A stretch of DNA of 50,215 nucleotides from Candidatus Zixiibacteriota bacterium (GTDB taxonomy: Bacteria; Zixibacteria; MSB-5A5; WJJR01): assembly GCA_016235085.1 (NCBI GenBank), contig JACRMA010000046.1, positions 550-50,764 on the forward strand, given 5' to 3'. A program made the position numbers and the translations under genes. Below, one piece after another: positions 38,229 through 47,179 of the stretch. The notes under the pieces were generated by a model. The model saw only the letters and a list, made by a program, of their open reading frames with translations. It searched no databases and was not told where the DNA came from. Numbering within the stretch: the stretch's first letter is position 1; each line of letters begins with the position of its first letter.

Positions 38229-40663
38229 GGCTTCTTCTTTCGGAACAGTGACCTTAGCAATTCGTCGACCGTGGCGTTGCCTTCGGTCGAATCACTCTTG
38301 GGAGTCAGGAGATTTTCGATCAGTGCCCGCCCCGCGCTTTTGACGTCAAGATTGACTTTCAAGTTCGAGGTGCTCCCGCTGAGTCCGAAGCGGAGTTGCG
38401 ATCCTTTGAGCAGCGTCGCCAGACCGGAAGTCCGTCCGGGCAGAAGCGTGACACCGACGTTGTAATCGAGGGTCTGGTCGAAACCGTAGCTGCCGATCGC
38501 ACTCCAGCGGGCGTCGTCAGTGGCAAACTTGAGACTGTCGGTCACGATCCGCTCGTTGACGATCTTGAAGGTCACCAGCATGTCATAGAACGGGCGGGGG
38601 CGTTTTGATACAGGAAGACCGAGAGCAGCACCCACACTGTCCAGGAACGGCAGTGAGTCCAGTGTCCCGGTGCGCATGGTCACTCTTCCGGCACCGATCA
38701 AGGTTGGGACAATTTGCACCCGATTTCTGCCGATACCGCTGAACTGGCCGGCAAGATCGACATGCCCGTTCACCGCGTTGGGCCAATCGAAGAAACGCGT
38801 CACCAGACTGTCCGCTTGGACCGAATCCGCGCGCAGCTCGGCCGCGAAGCGGGGGGATAGCCAGTCGGCAATCTCCCAGCGAAGAGCACCGCTCGAGGGC
38901 CCGTCGAACAGTCTTGCAGTCGCGGGGTCGAAGTTCAGGACATTATCGCGAAGCGTGAATGGTGAACGAACTTCAGTGAAGGTCATCTGCGAATAGCGAA
39001 GCGTGTCGCAGGAAACCATCCCGTCAGCGGAGATCACGGGGACCGATGATTGCGTATCGTCCTGCTCCGTCACGTCCAGGGTTTCCGTGGAGTCGCCGAT
39101 AAACTCGTCGAGATTCAGATACGGGCAATTGAGATCGAGTCTGGCCCTCGGCACGTCCAACGACTTGAAGCCAGCGAGAACCGATGGTGTCAACTCCGCG
39201 ACAGCACCGGTCAGATGGCCGGTCGACGAGCCAGCCCGCCAATCGGTCCGGTGCAGGGTGAGATCATGTCCGTTCAATTCCCAATCCATGGCGAGTGTCA
39301 CGGTATCAACGGCCCAGGTCCGATTGGTAACCAGGAGCTTTTCGGAGGTGCACCGGCCATTAAACCTCATGCTTCGCCAGGATTTCACCGGACCGAACGC
39401 ATTGACATCGAGATGAAGATCACCGCCGGCCGACGGCCCGCCTTTCTTCAAAGGCAGACAGACAGCGGAGTTGGAATCACACTCGATCGCCAGGTGCGCC
39501 GATAGATCGGAATTCTGATAGAACACTTTGTCGATGGCCCCGGACATGGAAAATGTACCGCCCGGTATCTTCCCCGACGTCACGGTCCAGGAAATTGTCT
39601 GCGCTTCGCCGCGCAATTCAACGCGCGGAATAGTCAACGGATCGCGCCAGCCTTCAGGACGGTAACGAATATCGGTCAGATCAAAACGCACCAGCCAGTC
39701 GGGGGTGGTGGCGGCAGGCAGTGGCAGAGCCACGTTGGCCTGCATGTCACCGGAGATCTTTCCTTCGATTTCAGGCCGAATCTTCAGAAAGCCTGCATGG
39801 TGGAGCTGCGTAACCACGTCGCTGATCTCAATCGGCGCGAGGGCGGCGTTGAACTGGATTTCGGTTATTCCCGGATTGGCGCGCACCGCGCCCTGCAACG
39901 AGATCACGGAACCGAAAGCGCTGACCATGAGCGAATCGAAGGTGATCGACTTTTCCGAGGTATCCAGGCGGCCCGCGCCATAAGCATGAGGGATGCCTTC
40001 GGGGACCGACCAGTCACGGGCCGGATCGGAAACCGAGAAGGAATCGACGGCCAGGTCGGCGGTGATGCTGATCGACTGCGGGCGCAGACCGTTGTCGGCG
40101 GTCACCGCCAGTCGAATCCCATGCACGTCAATACGGCGCTGGCTCTTGTAATAGTCGATGATGAGCTCGCCGTCATTCAAGACGATGTTGCCCACGGGAA
40201 GCGGGGCGGCCAAAACACTCTCCGGAGAGACCGGGACCACGGCGCCGGTGGATGTGCGCGGACGACGGATAAAGTCTGAGACATTGGAATGGCCGATGCC
40301 GTCGAACTCCAACAGCAGCGAGGGCGATTCCAGACGGACTCGGTCGAGACGGACCTGGCCAATCAGGAGCGGCAGCATACGCGCCTTGAACTCGACTTTG
40401 TGTATGGCCAACAGCGGCTGCAATGAATAGCCGGGCTTATTCTCGATGGTGACATCACCGAGCCAGACTCCGACGCCGCCCCAAAATGAGATGCCGGCAT
40501 CGGCGATGGCCATTTTGCGGTTGATCGCCTCCTCGAGCTTGGGGGTCAGCATGGTCAGAATGCGCTCACGCGTGAAGACGACCTTGACCACAACGACTGC
40601 TGAAATCAGCAGGATCAGGAGGATCGCGACGAGCCAGATGGCGAATTTGAGCGGGCGAGACAT
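38225..40663 (-). CDS. AsmA family protein
   Basis: N-terminal TM anchor, LLIGQVRLDRVRLESP, extended beta-rich body, AsmA-like C-terminus (GSYGFDQTLDY). Confidence 0.78.
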   Translation of the reverse strand: MSRPLKFAIWLVAILLILLISAVVVVKVVFTRERILTMLTPKLEEAINRKMAIADAGISFWGGVGVWLGDVTIENKPGYSLQPLLAIHKVEFKARMLPLLIGQVRLDRVRLESPSLLLEFDGIGHSNVSDFIRRPRTSTGAVVPVSPESVLAAPLPVGNIVLNDGELIIDYYKSQRRIDVHGIRLAVTADNGLRPQSISITADLAVDSFSVSDPARDWSVPEGIPHAYGAGRLDTSEKSITFDSLMVSAFGSVISLQGAVRANPGITEIQFNAALAPIEISDVVTQLHHAGFLKIRPEIEGKISGDMQANVALPLPAATTPDWLVRFDLTDIRYRPEGWRDPLTIPRVELRGEAQTISWTVTSGKIPGGTFSMSGAIDKVFYQNSDLSAHLAIECDSNSAVCLPLKKGGPSAGGDLHLDVNAFGPVKSWRSMRFNGRCTSEKLLVTNRTWAVDTVTLAMDWELNGHDLTLHRTDWRAGSSTGHLTGAVAELTPSVLAGFKSLDVPRARLDLNCPYLNLDEFIGDSTETLDVTEQDDTQSSVPVISADGMVSCDTLRYSQMTFTEVRSPFTLRDNVLNFDPATARLFDGPSSGALRWEIADWLSPRFAAELRADSVQADSLVTRFFDWPNAVNGHVDLAGQFSGIGRNRVQIVPTLIGAGRVTMRTGTLDSLPFLDSVGAALGLPVSKRPRPFYDMLVTFKIVNERIVTDSLKFATDDARWSAIGSYGFDQTLDYNVGVTLLPGRTSGLATLLKGSQLRFGLSGSTSNLKVNLDVKSAGRALIENLLTPKSDSTEGNATVDELLRSLFRKKKP

Positions 40664-40671
40664 AGGATTGA

Positions 40672-41358
40672 TCAGTAACTCAGACTCTCCCCTATTTGGA
40701 GTACAGTTGCCTTCGCGCCATGCCGTTCGGCACCGGCCGCAAACTGCTGGGGGTCGGCTTTGATCAGATCGAAAGTGTTGTAATGCATGGGCACGACCTG
40801 CCTGGGCCGCATCAATTCGACAGCCTTGATCGCATCCTCGACGCCCATCGTGAAGTTATCACCGATCGGCAGCAGTGCCAGATCCACGGGGTGCATTTCG
40901 CCAATCAATTTCATGTCGTAAAACAATCCGGTGTCGCCCGCGTGATATAGCGTCTTGCCCTCGGCCATGATGAGGAATCCACAGGGATTGCCGACGTAGT
41001 CGAACCCAGTGGCACTGGATGCCGCAGAACTGTGATGGGCAATTGTCAGTTTGACCCGGCCGAAGTCGAAGTCATGGCCACCGCCGATGTGCATGGGGTG
41101 AGCATTCGCGCCTTTCATCGAGCAATAGATGGCCAGTTCGTTGGCAGCGATGACCGTCGCCTTACAGCGCTTGGCGATTTCCAGCCCGTCACCGAGATGA
41201 TCGCCGTGGGCGTGGGTCAAGAGAACGTAGTCGGCCTTGATGTCCGCCGCCTTGACGGTGGCTTTGGGATTGCCTGTGAAGAATGGATCAATCACGAGCG
41301 TGCGTCCGCCGGCTTTGACGAGGAAACACGAATGCGACAGGTATTGAACAGTGGGCAT
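40672..41358 (-). CDS. UPF0173 metal-dependent hydrolase (metallo-beta-lactamase fold)
   Basis: HSCF, IDPFFTGNP, THAHGDHLGD, YHAGDTGLF, LPIGDNFTMG, PMHYNTF; RBS AAAGGAGG. Confidence 0.92.
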   Translation of the reverse strand: MPTVQYLSHSCFLVKAGGRTLVIDPFFTGNPKATVKAADIKADYVLLTHAHGDHLGDGLEIAKRCKATVIAANELAIYCSMKGANAHPMHIGGGHDFDFGRVKLTIAHHSSAASSATGFDYVGNPCGFLIMAEGKTLYHAGDTGLFYDMKLIGEMHPVDLALLPIGDNFTMGVEDAIKAVELMRPRQVVPMHYNTFDLIKADPQQFAAGAERHGAKATVLQIGESLSY

Positions 41359-41502
41359 CATTCCCTCCTTTGCGTCAGCCTCATACGGGATCACCAATAT
41401 ATGCCAGACCCAATCCCTTGCAACCGCTAACGGCGGCCGGAAACGAGAGCCCGACTGCCCACGCGGATTCTGTGACCAGACCGGTCTGGTCCGGCCGGGT
41501 CA

Positions 41503-42228
41503 TCAAGAGTGGTCGATGATACCCAGTTTGTTGAGAATCGGGCCGAAGTGGCGGCGAAGGTCGGTGCGCAAGTGTTTGCGCGCCCGATGGAGATACCAGC
41601 GCACAGTGGCCTGGGGCATGCCCATGATCTGGGCGATTTCGTCAATATCCAGGCCTTCGAGGTCCTTGAGCACGAACGCCGTGTACTGCTTCTCGTTGAG
41701 TTTGCGCGCGGCTTTGAGTACGTATTCACGCAACTCCTTGAGGCGGTAAACCTGTTCGGGAGTCTGCGTCTGGAGCGGCGCGTCGCGCGGCTCTGTCAGA
41801 TCGTCAAGCTCCTCGAACTTGTGCTTCTTGAATTTGCGGATGTAATCGATGGAGGCGTTGACCGCGATCCGGTACAGCCAGGTGGAGAATCGCTTCGTGG
41901 CATCGAAACGGTTGATATTGTAGAAGGTCTTCACGAAGACCATCTGCGTGATGTCTTTGGCGTCGTCGTAGTCCCCAACCATCTTGAACGCGATCCCAGT
42001 GACTTGGGAGCGGTAGCGGTCGATAATCTCGCGAAAGAGATGGCCCTTGCCGGCCTGAACCTCTTTGATGACCTCTTTGATATGGGTCTCGTCGTTTTCG
42101 TCGTCCGGTGGCTCAATCGGGAGCGCCGGTGCCAGGATACGCGCTGCTCCAACAGGGGGCCGCTCCCCGGCCGACTTGGGCGGGCGGGGACGTTTGGGGC
42201 GTTCGGTTGTCGTCTTCCGTTTGGGCAT
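41503..42228 (-). CDS. ECF RNA polymerase sigma factor with Pro/Lys-rich N-terminal extension
   Basis: DAKDITQMVFVK, FSTWLYRIAVNASID, LKDLEGL..DEIA, TVRWYLHRAR. Confidence 0.9.
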   Translation of the reverse strand: MPKRKTTTERPKRPRPPKSAGERPPVGAARILAPALPIEPPDDENDETHIKEVIKEVQAGKGHLFREIIDRYRSQVTGIAFKMVGDYDDAKDITQMVFVKTFYNINRFDATKRFSTWLYRIAVNASIDYIRKFKKHKFEELDDLTEPRDAPLQTQTPEQVYRLKELREYVLKAARKLNEKQYTAFVLKDLEGLDIDEIAQIMGMPQATVRWYLHRARKHLRTDLRRHFGPILNKLGIIDHS

Positions 42229-42404
42229 CACTGATCCAAATGCAATAACAAGGGCGTCCTCAAAAAGATTCGCGCACCCTCAAACAACATACAACGAGGC
42301 GGCCCATAAGATCGTATAAAATTTTCTGAAATGAACGCAAGAAAGTGATGTGGGTATGGCATTTCGCCATGCTCAGCCGTCTTCCTGCTCTGCTCAAATC
42401 AGTC

Positions 42405-42433
42405 AAAAAAGAAGGGCACGGAATCCCGTGCCC
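42405..42433 (-). terminator. Intrinsic terminator after the M23 gene
   Basis: Minus strand GGGCACGG-GATT-CCGTGCCC followed by TTCTTTTTT. Confidence 0.8.
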
Positions 42434-42458
42434 CCTATCCAATCACTCGACGTGAGTC

Positions 42459-43395
42459 CTATTGATTCGCGACCGACGACACCGGGAGGGCGGCGAGATC
42501 ATCACCGCTGCAAACGGAGCTCAAAGGATTGACGGCGCGGTCGTTGATGTGGACCTCGTAATGGCAGTGCGGCCCAGTGGAATAGCCCGTGTTGCCGACA
42601 TAACCGATGATGTCGCCGCGGCGTACCTTGGCTTTGGCCTTGACGGCAAATCGGGAGAGATGGCCGTAGCAGGTCTCAACGCCATTGCCATGGTCCAAAG
42701 TGATCAGGTTGCCGAATTGGGGCTGATACTCAGCGGATAGGACCCGCCCATCAGCGGTGGCATGCACCGGAGTCCCGCTGCTGGCCGCGATATCGAGGCC
42801 GCTGTGCAAACGGTTTTCACCCGTGAACGGATCCGGCTTCACCCCGAAACCACGCGCCAGATATCCATTCAATGGATAAACCGACGGTGTGCAGTCAAGC
42901 CGATCCTTGCGGTGCAGCAACTCCTGATAAATCGCATCGTAATTCTCCCGCTCGAAGGAGCAGCGGCGGAGGAGACGATCGACCTCGGACTCGACATTAT
43001 ATGTCTGCAGGTCCAAGGCGCTCGGAGATGATGCAAATGGGACCACCGAACCGCCAGTACCCAGAGCTCGGACCGCCGGGCTGATCTCCGGGAGGCCGAA
43101 TACCAAACGCACCCGTTTCTCGGATTCTTCCAGGAATGCCAGTTGCTTGCGGAGTACCGATAGATCCCGGGTCAAATCGGACAATTGAGTCCGAAGTGTG
43201 ATGTTCTCCATGACCTGCGAATCGAGCCGTTCAGCGCGAGAAACGTTGCGTGCTGCAAGTAAGCTTAAGATCACAGTGATGGCGATTAGAAGTGCAGAAG
43301 CGCTGATAGCACTCGGTACGATCCATTGTGGAATAGTAAATTGGCGCAGTTGATGGTGGAATCACCATGAAATGGTACTTGCCCGCCAGTTTCAT
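42459..43395 (-). CDS. M23 family peptidase (TM, coiled coil, LytM domain); frameshifted near 43350
   Basis: HSGLD, YGHL, STGPHCHYEV. The probable N-terminus MKLAGKYHFMVIPP (ATG 43395) is out of frame with LRQFTIPQW...-TM. Confidence 0.85.
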
Positions 43396-43445
43396 CCGTT
43401 CCCAACTCCCCTCTGGCCGAAATCCGTTCAGCCAAAAGCCGCGGC

Positions 43446-43474
43446 AGGATATTCCCCGCCCTTTAGGTTGTCAA
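43446..43474 (-). promoter_or_regulatory. Sigma70 promoter TTGACA-N17-TATCCT for the M23 gene
   Basis: Perfect -35, 17-nt spacer, -10 with conserved T, A and final T; about 50 nt upstream of ATG 43395. Confidence 0.65.
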
Positions 43475-43652
43475 GAGAAAGATTGGCGGTTGGTTGCCAA
43501 ACACCCAACGCCTTATGTGCAAATGAGTTAACCGGCCGAAAACGCCCCAAGAAGACAATCCCTGTCCTGTCAACCAAGCCCCCTTTCAGGGGTAGCGGTC
43601 CCTGCATGAATCGTTATACAAAGTTGCGGCGTGCAGGTTTGGACCGCTGGTC

Positions 43653-43793
43653 CTATTTTATCAGGTGGAACTCATTCTTCAGAATCTTGTCGACCACCTT
43701 GATGAACTTCTCTGAGTTGAGGTTTTGTAAGGCATACAGATGCCAGTACGATTTTTGCCGCCGTCTCAACCCGGATTTACGCTGCTTGGTCAT
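43653..43793 (-). CDS. 46-aa basic small protein, unknown function
   Basis: MTKQRKSGLRRRQKSYWHLYALQNLNSEKFIKVVDKILKNEFHLIK*. RBS GGAGGGAG. Below the ORF-track size cut-off. Confidence 0.6.
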   Translation of the reverse strand: MTKQRKSGLRRRQKSYWHLYALQNLNSEKFIKVVDKILKNEFHLIK

Positions 43794-43858
43794 GTCCGCT
43801 CTCCCTCCGAGAACTCGCCGTCCCCGGGGTTAAGCGGGCTGCTGATCCCCTGGGGATA

Positions 43859-43886
43859 TTATCGGCCTGCCAAATGGCAGGTTTCA
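43859..43886 (-). promoter_or_regulatory. Alternative-sigma promoter candidate (GAAA-N15-GCCGATAA, sigma28-like; also TGAAAC-N16-CGAT, ECF-like) with palindromic spacer
   Basis: Minus strand TGAAACCTGCCATTTGGCAGGCCGATAA, about 65 nt upstream of the 46-aa ORF. Confidence 0.5.
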
Positions 43887-44132
43887 CCTGCTTTAGGCCA
43901 TCGCAAGAGGCTTGCCGGTAGAGCGGACCCGAACTCTTTTTGTTAACCAATTGGAATACTTAGGCTTAAATAATAATGGCCGACTTGGAGAAAAGCCATA
44001 GGGCACATCCCAATGGGGCGCCTCCCATTCAATAGGGAGTGCCCTCAGCACCTGATGAGCGAGTTTAGCCTGGACGCGGCTCCAAATTCGTGACTCTGCC
44101 GAACAAGCGCTTCGTATCATGCCCGAACTTCA

Positions 44133-44648
44133 ATGACTCTTGCAGAACCTTGCATACGCCGCCTCGCTCAGAGCGATTCAATTGAAGCACTCACAGAGTT
44201 GATCCATCGCGCCTACGCGCCGTTGGGTGCGCGCGGGCTCAACTTCACCGCCGTCGATCAAAGCACTGAGGTCACGAGGGAACGAATCGGCTGGGGAACG
44301 TGCTTTGTGGCGACTTTGGGCTCCGATCTGGTTGGTACGATTGTAGTCCGCGCAACCCACACCAACTCGGTTTGCCCTGACTTCAACAAGCCAGGTGTTG
44401 CCACCGTGCATCAGTTCGCTGTCGCACCGGAGCTCCAGGGTGCAGGTATTGGATCGGCCCTACTGTCGGCGGCGGAAGCGTGGGCAAGAGAAAGTGGATT
44501 TGCAGAACTACTGCTCGATACCGCCCAGCCGGTGACGGAATTGATCGAGTATTACAAGCGGCATGGATACAACCAGGTTACAACTGTTCAGTGGCCGGGG
44601 AAGACGTATCGGAGCGTGGTGATGGGGAAGGCGGTGAGCGGCCAATGA
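44133..44648 (+). CDS. GNAT family N-acetyltransferase
   Basis: FAVAPELQGAGIGSALL (motif A), LLLDTA, LIEYYKRHGY. Confidence 0.9.
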   Translation: MTLAEPCIRRLAQSDSIEALTELIHRAYAPLGARGLNFTAVDQSTEVTRERIGWGTCFVATLGSDLVGTIVVRATHTNSVCPDFNKPGVATVHQFAVAPELQGAGIGSALLSAAEAWARESGFAELLLDTAQPVTELIEYYKRHGYNQVTTVQWPGKTYRSVVMGKAVSGQ

Positions 44649-45307
44649 CAGGCGACCCACTGATTCTGCCGCACGGCGGGTATCGGAAGCTTAAGAGCTT
44701 CCGAATTGCTCAACTCGTCTATGATTTGACCGTTCGCTTCTGTGATCAATTCATCGAGAAGCGGAGCCGGACCCGGGATCAGATGGTACAGGCGGCCCGC
44801 AGCGCGGTTCAGAATATCGCTGAGGGGAGTCAACTGTCGGGGACATCCAAGAAGATGGAATTGAAGTTGACGAATGTCGCAAGAGCCAGTCTGGAAGAAC
44901 TGCGATTGGATTATGAGGATTTCCTAAGGCAACGGGGATTGCCGCAGTGGGCACCGGAGCACCCCGCGTTGAAGCGGTTCAAGGGAAAGCGGTGCTCCAC
45001 ATTGGAGCAGGTGCGAGTCTGGGTGGGTGAGGAGCAGCGGAAATGGATGGGACTGACACGGACTGGCACGGACGAACACATGGGAAATTCGGAGTCTTCC
45101 GAGTCTGTGTCTGTCCGTGTTGGTCCACTTGGTCCTTTCGCTCCTGAAGTCTTCGTCGCCAATGCGGCGCTCTCGTTGTTGAATCTTTGTTGCTATCTGC
45201 TTGATCAGCAGTTGCGCGCCCAGGCTAATGCCTTTGAAAGGGACGGCGGATTCACCGAGCGGCTCTACCGGCACAGACACAGAAACAAAGGTAAATCCGA
45301 AACGTGA
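44645..45307 (+). CDS. Four helix bundle protein (23S rRNA IVS/Avd-like) with suffix domain
   Basis: HGGYRKLKSF, RTRDQMVQAARSAVQNIAEGS, TNVARASLEELRLDYEDFLRQ, C-terminal ANAA...LDQQL...F..DGGFTERLY. ATG 44645 overlaps the GNAT stop. Confidence 0.88.
   Translation: MTGDPLILPHGGYRKLKSFRIAQLVYDLTVRFCDQFIEKRSRTRDQMVQAARSAVQNIAEGSQLSGTSKKMELKLTNVARASLEELRLDYEDFLRQRGLPQWAPEHPALKRFKGKRCSTLEQVRVWVGEEQRKWMGLTRTGTDEHMGNSESSESVSVRVGPLGPFAPEVFVANAALSLLNLCCYLLDQQLRAQANAFERDGGFTERLYRHRHRNKGKSET
45049..45127. repeat. Intragenic inverted array of ~10-bp units forming a hairpin
   Basis: GGACTGACAC GGACTGGCAC GGACGAACAC ... TCGGA-GTCT-TCCGA ... TGTGTCTGTCCGTGTTGGTCC. Confidence 0.65.
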
Positions 45308-45394
45308 ACCGGCCATTCTCCCTTTCCGGTAGCCTATCTCCTGTTGCAGGTGTAAATTGGGTGGCCCCCCGGCGTGGCTCCGCCACGACCGGGG

Positions 45395-45420
45395 CGAAAC
45401 ATTGTGTCTGAGACATCGTA
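45395..45420 (+). promoter_or_regulatory. SigW-type ECF promoter CGAAAC-N16-CGTA (probable autoregulation)
   Basis: CGAAAC ATTGTGTCTGAGACAT CGTA, 22 nt before the ECF sigma GTG. Confidence 0.7.
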
Positions 45421-45442
45421 AACTCGAAGTGCGGGTACCCAG

Positions 45443-46012
45443 GTGGCCGAGTCGGACGAGCAGTTGATCAAACAAGCATTGGCTGGTGATCAGCGGGCGT
45501 ACCGGGACCTCCTGAACCGGCACCGTCAGTCGATCTACCACGTGATCTTCAAGATCGTGCGGAATCCTGACGAGTCGGCCGACCTGGTGCAAGAGACGTT
45601 CATGAAAGCGTTTGGGTCGCTGGCGACCTACCGCTTCGAGTACCGGTTCTCGACATGGCTCTACAAAATCGCCGCCAACAACGCCATCGACTTTCTGCGC
45701 AAGAAGCGGATCGAGGCCCTGTCGCTGGACAAACCGATCCAGACGAAGGACGGGGAGGTCGGCTTTGAGGTACCGGACTGGTCGCAGAATCCCGAAGAGA
45801 ACCTGTACCGGCGGCGCCGGGAAATCACCATCCAGGACGCCATCTCGTCTCTGCCCCCGAAATACCGCGAAGTCATCGTCCTGCGCCATCAGCAGGACAA
45901 ATCGTACGAAGAGATCGCCGATCAGCTTGGGCTGCCGGTGGGCACGGTCAAAGCGCGCATTTTCCGGGCCCGCGAACTGCTCAAGAAGAAGCTGAAATCG
46001 ATCTGGACCTGA
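45443..46012 (+). CDS. ECF sigma factor, SigW/RpoE-like
   Basis: DLVQETFMKAF, FSTWLYKIAANNAIDFLRKK, LPPKYREVIVL, SYEEIA...LPVGTVKARIFRARE. Confidence 0.93.
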   Translation: MAESDEQLIKQALAGDQRAYRDLLNRHRQSIYHVIFKIVRNPDESADLVQETFMKAFGSLATYRFEYRFSTWLYKIAANNAIDFLRKKRIEALSLDKPIQTKDGEVGFEVPDWSQNPEENLYRRRREITIQDAISSLPPKYREVIVLRHQQDKSYEEIADQLGLPVGTVKARIFRARELLKKKLKSIWT

Positions 46013-46077
46013 GGGTCGGCCCTGCGGCTGATCCTCAACTGCCGTGGGACCAACGCGCGATTCGAGGAGGAGCCTGA

Positions 46078-47169
46078 ATGACAACCCGGGATTTTGTCGA
46101 AAGACTCGAGCGGCACTTTTTCAGCGCTGGATCGCTCATCGCGATCCTCATCGTTGTTGCCGCGAGCACGCCGGCTTCTGCGCTGGAAGAATTCCGGCTG
46201 ACAGACACCAAGACATTCGAAGTCGGATCGGCGCCGGATATCAATCTTGAGACCGTCAGCGGTGATGTCTCCTACACGGCAACGGCCGGAACAAAAGCGA
46301 CGGTGGATATCATCGTCTTGGTCCGCGCCAAGGACGAGGCGGAGGCGAAGGACATCCGCGATCAAATGAATATCCGGGTCGAAGGCAGCGAGGGATTGCT
46401 CGAGGCGGTCGTGAAGCAGCGGCGGGATTTCAATCACTGGCTGCGGGACCTGTTCGGCAATTCACGTTCGATCAGTGTCAGTTTCCATGTCCACGGCCCC
46501 AGTGGCGCGACCGGTGAGATGTCGAGCGTTTCTGGTGAGGCACGCATCACCGGGACTTCCGGACCGATCCAGATCAATTCCGTCTCGGGTGATGTCACCG
46601 CCGAAAGAGTGTCGTCGCGAGTGCGAGCGACCGCCGTCTCCGGCGGAGCTCACGTTTCCGATTGCCGCGGTCCTTTGCATGCCGAGACCGTATCCGGCGA
46701 CGTCGAGGTCGACAATTGCGGCAGCACGCTGAAGGCCGAGACAGTTTCCGGCTCGCTGACCGCTGATGGGGTGGCGGGTGATGTCGATGCATCAACGACA
46801 TCGGGAGACGTTCATCTCAAACAAGTCAAGGGGACGGTCGCCGGGAATACCACGTCGGGACAGATCACAGTCGAAAACGAGGGCGGCAGTTTCGATCTGC
46901 ATTCCGTTTCCGGCGATCTGATCGTCCGTTCGGCAAAGTCGACAGGCCGTCTGGCTTGCGAGACTGTTTCCGGCTCGGTCAAAGTTTATGTGGACGCCAA
47001 GGAAGTCAGTGATGTGCGGCTCTCCAGTAACTCGGGAGACATTCAGGTGGATGCCGGTTTGAGGGTGCGTAAGCACTCGCGCCACGAACTCAGCGGACGT
47101 CTGGGCGACGGACCCAGCGAGCTGGAGATTTCCACAAGTTCAGGCGATATTCTGCTGGGGGAGCTATAG
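46078..47169 (+). CDS. DUF4097 family beta-strand repeat protein (exported)
   Basis: N-terminal signal/TM, then many (E/S)TVSGDV / TTSG repeats. Confidence 0.88.
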   Translation: MTTRDFVERLERHFFSAGSLIAILIVVAASTPASALEEFRLTDTKTFEVGSAPDINLETVSGDVSYTATAGTKATVDIIVLVRAKDEAEAKDIRDQMNIRVEGSEGLLEAVVKQRRDFNHWLRDLFGNSRSISVSFHVHGPSGATGEMSSVSGEARITGTSGPIQINSVSGDVTAERVSSRVRATAVSGGAHVSDCRGPLHAETVSGDVEVDNCGSTLKAETVSGSLTADGVAGDVDASTTSGDVHLKQVKGTVAGNTTSGQITVENEGGSFDLHSVSGDLIVRSAKSTGRLACETVSGSVKVYVDAKEVSDVRLSSNSGDIQVDAGLRVRKHSRHELSGRLGDGPSELEISTSSGDILLGEL

Positions 47170-47179
47170 GCGAGGCCCG

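Noticed and set aside
44052-44105. CTGATGAG resembling a hammerhead ribozyme core
   Set aside because: No GAAA follows the adjacent stem, and stems I/III cannot be built.
43893-44120. 75-aa minus-strand ORF
   Set aside because: No RBS or motif; it covers the probable divergent promoter region.
44645-45307. Diversity-generating retroelement or rRNA intervening sequence
   Set aside because: No reverse transcriptase, TR/VR pair or rRNA in the window.
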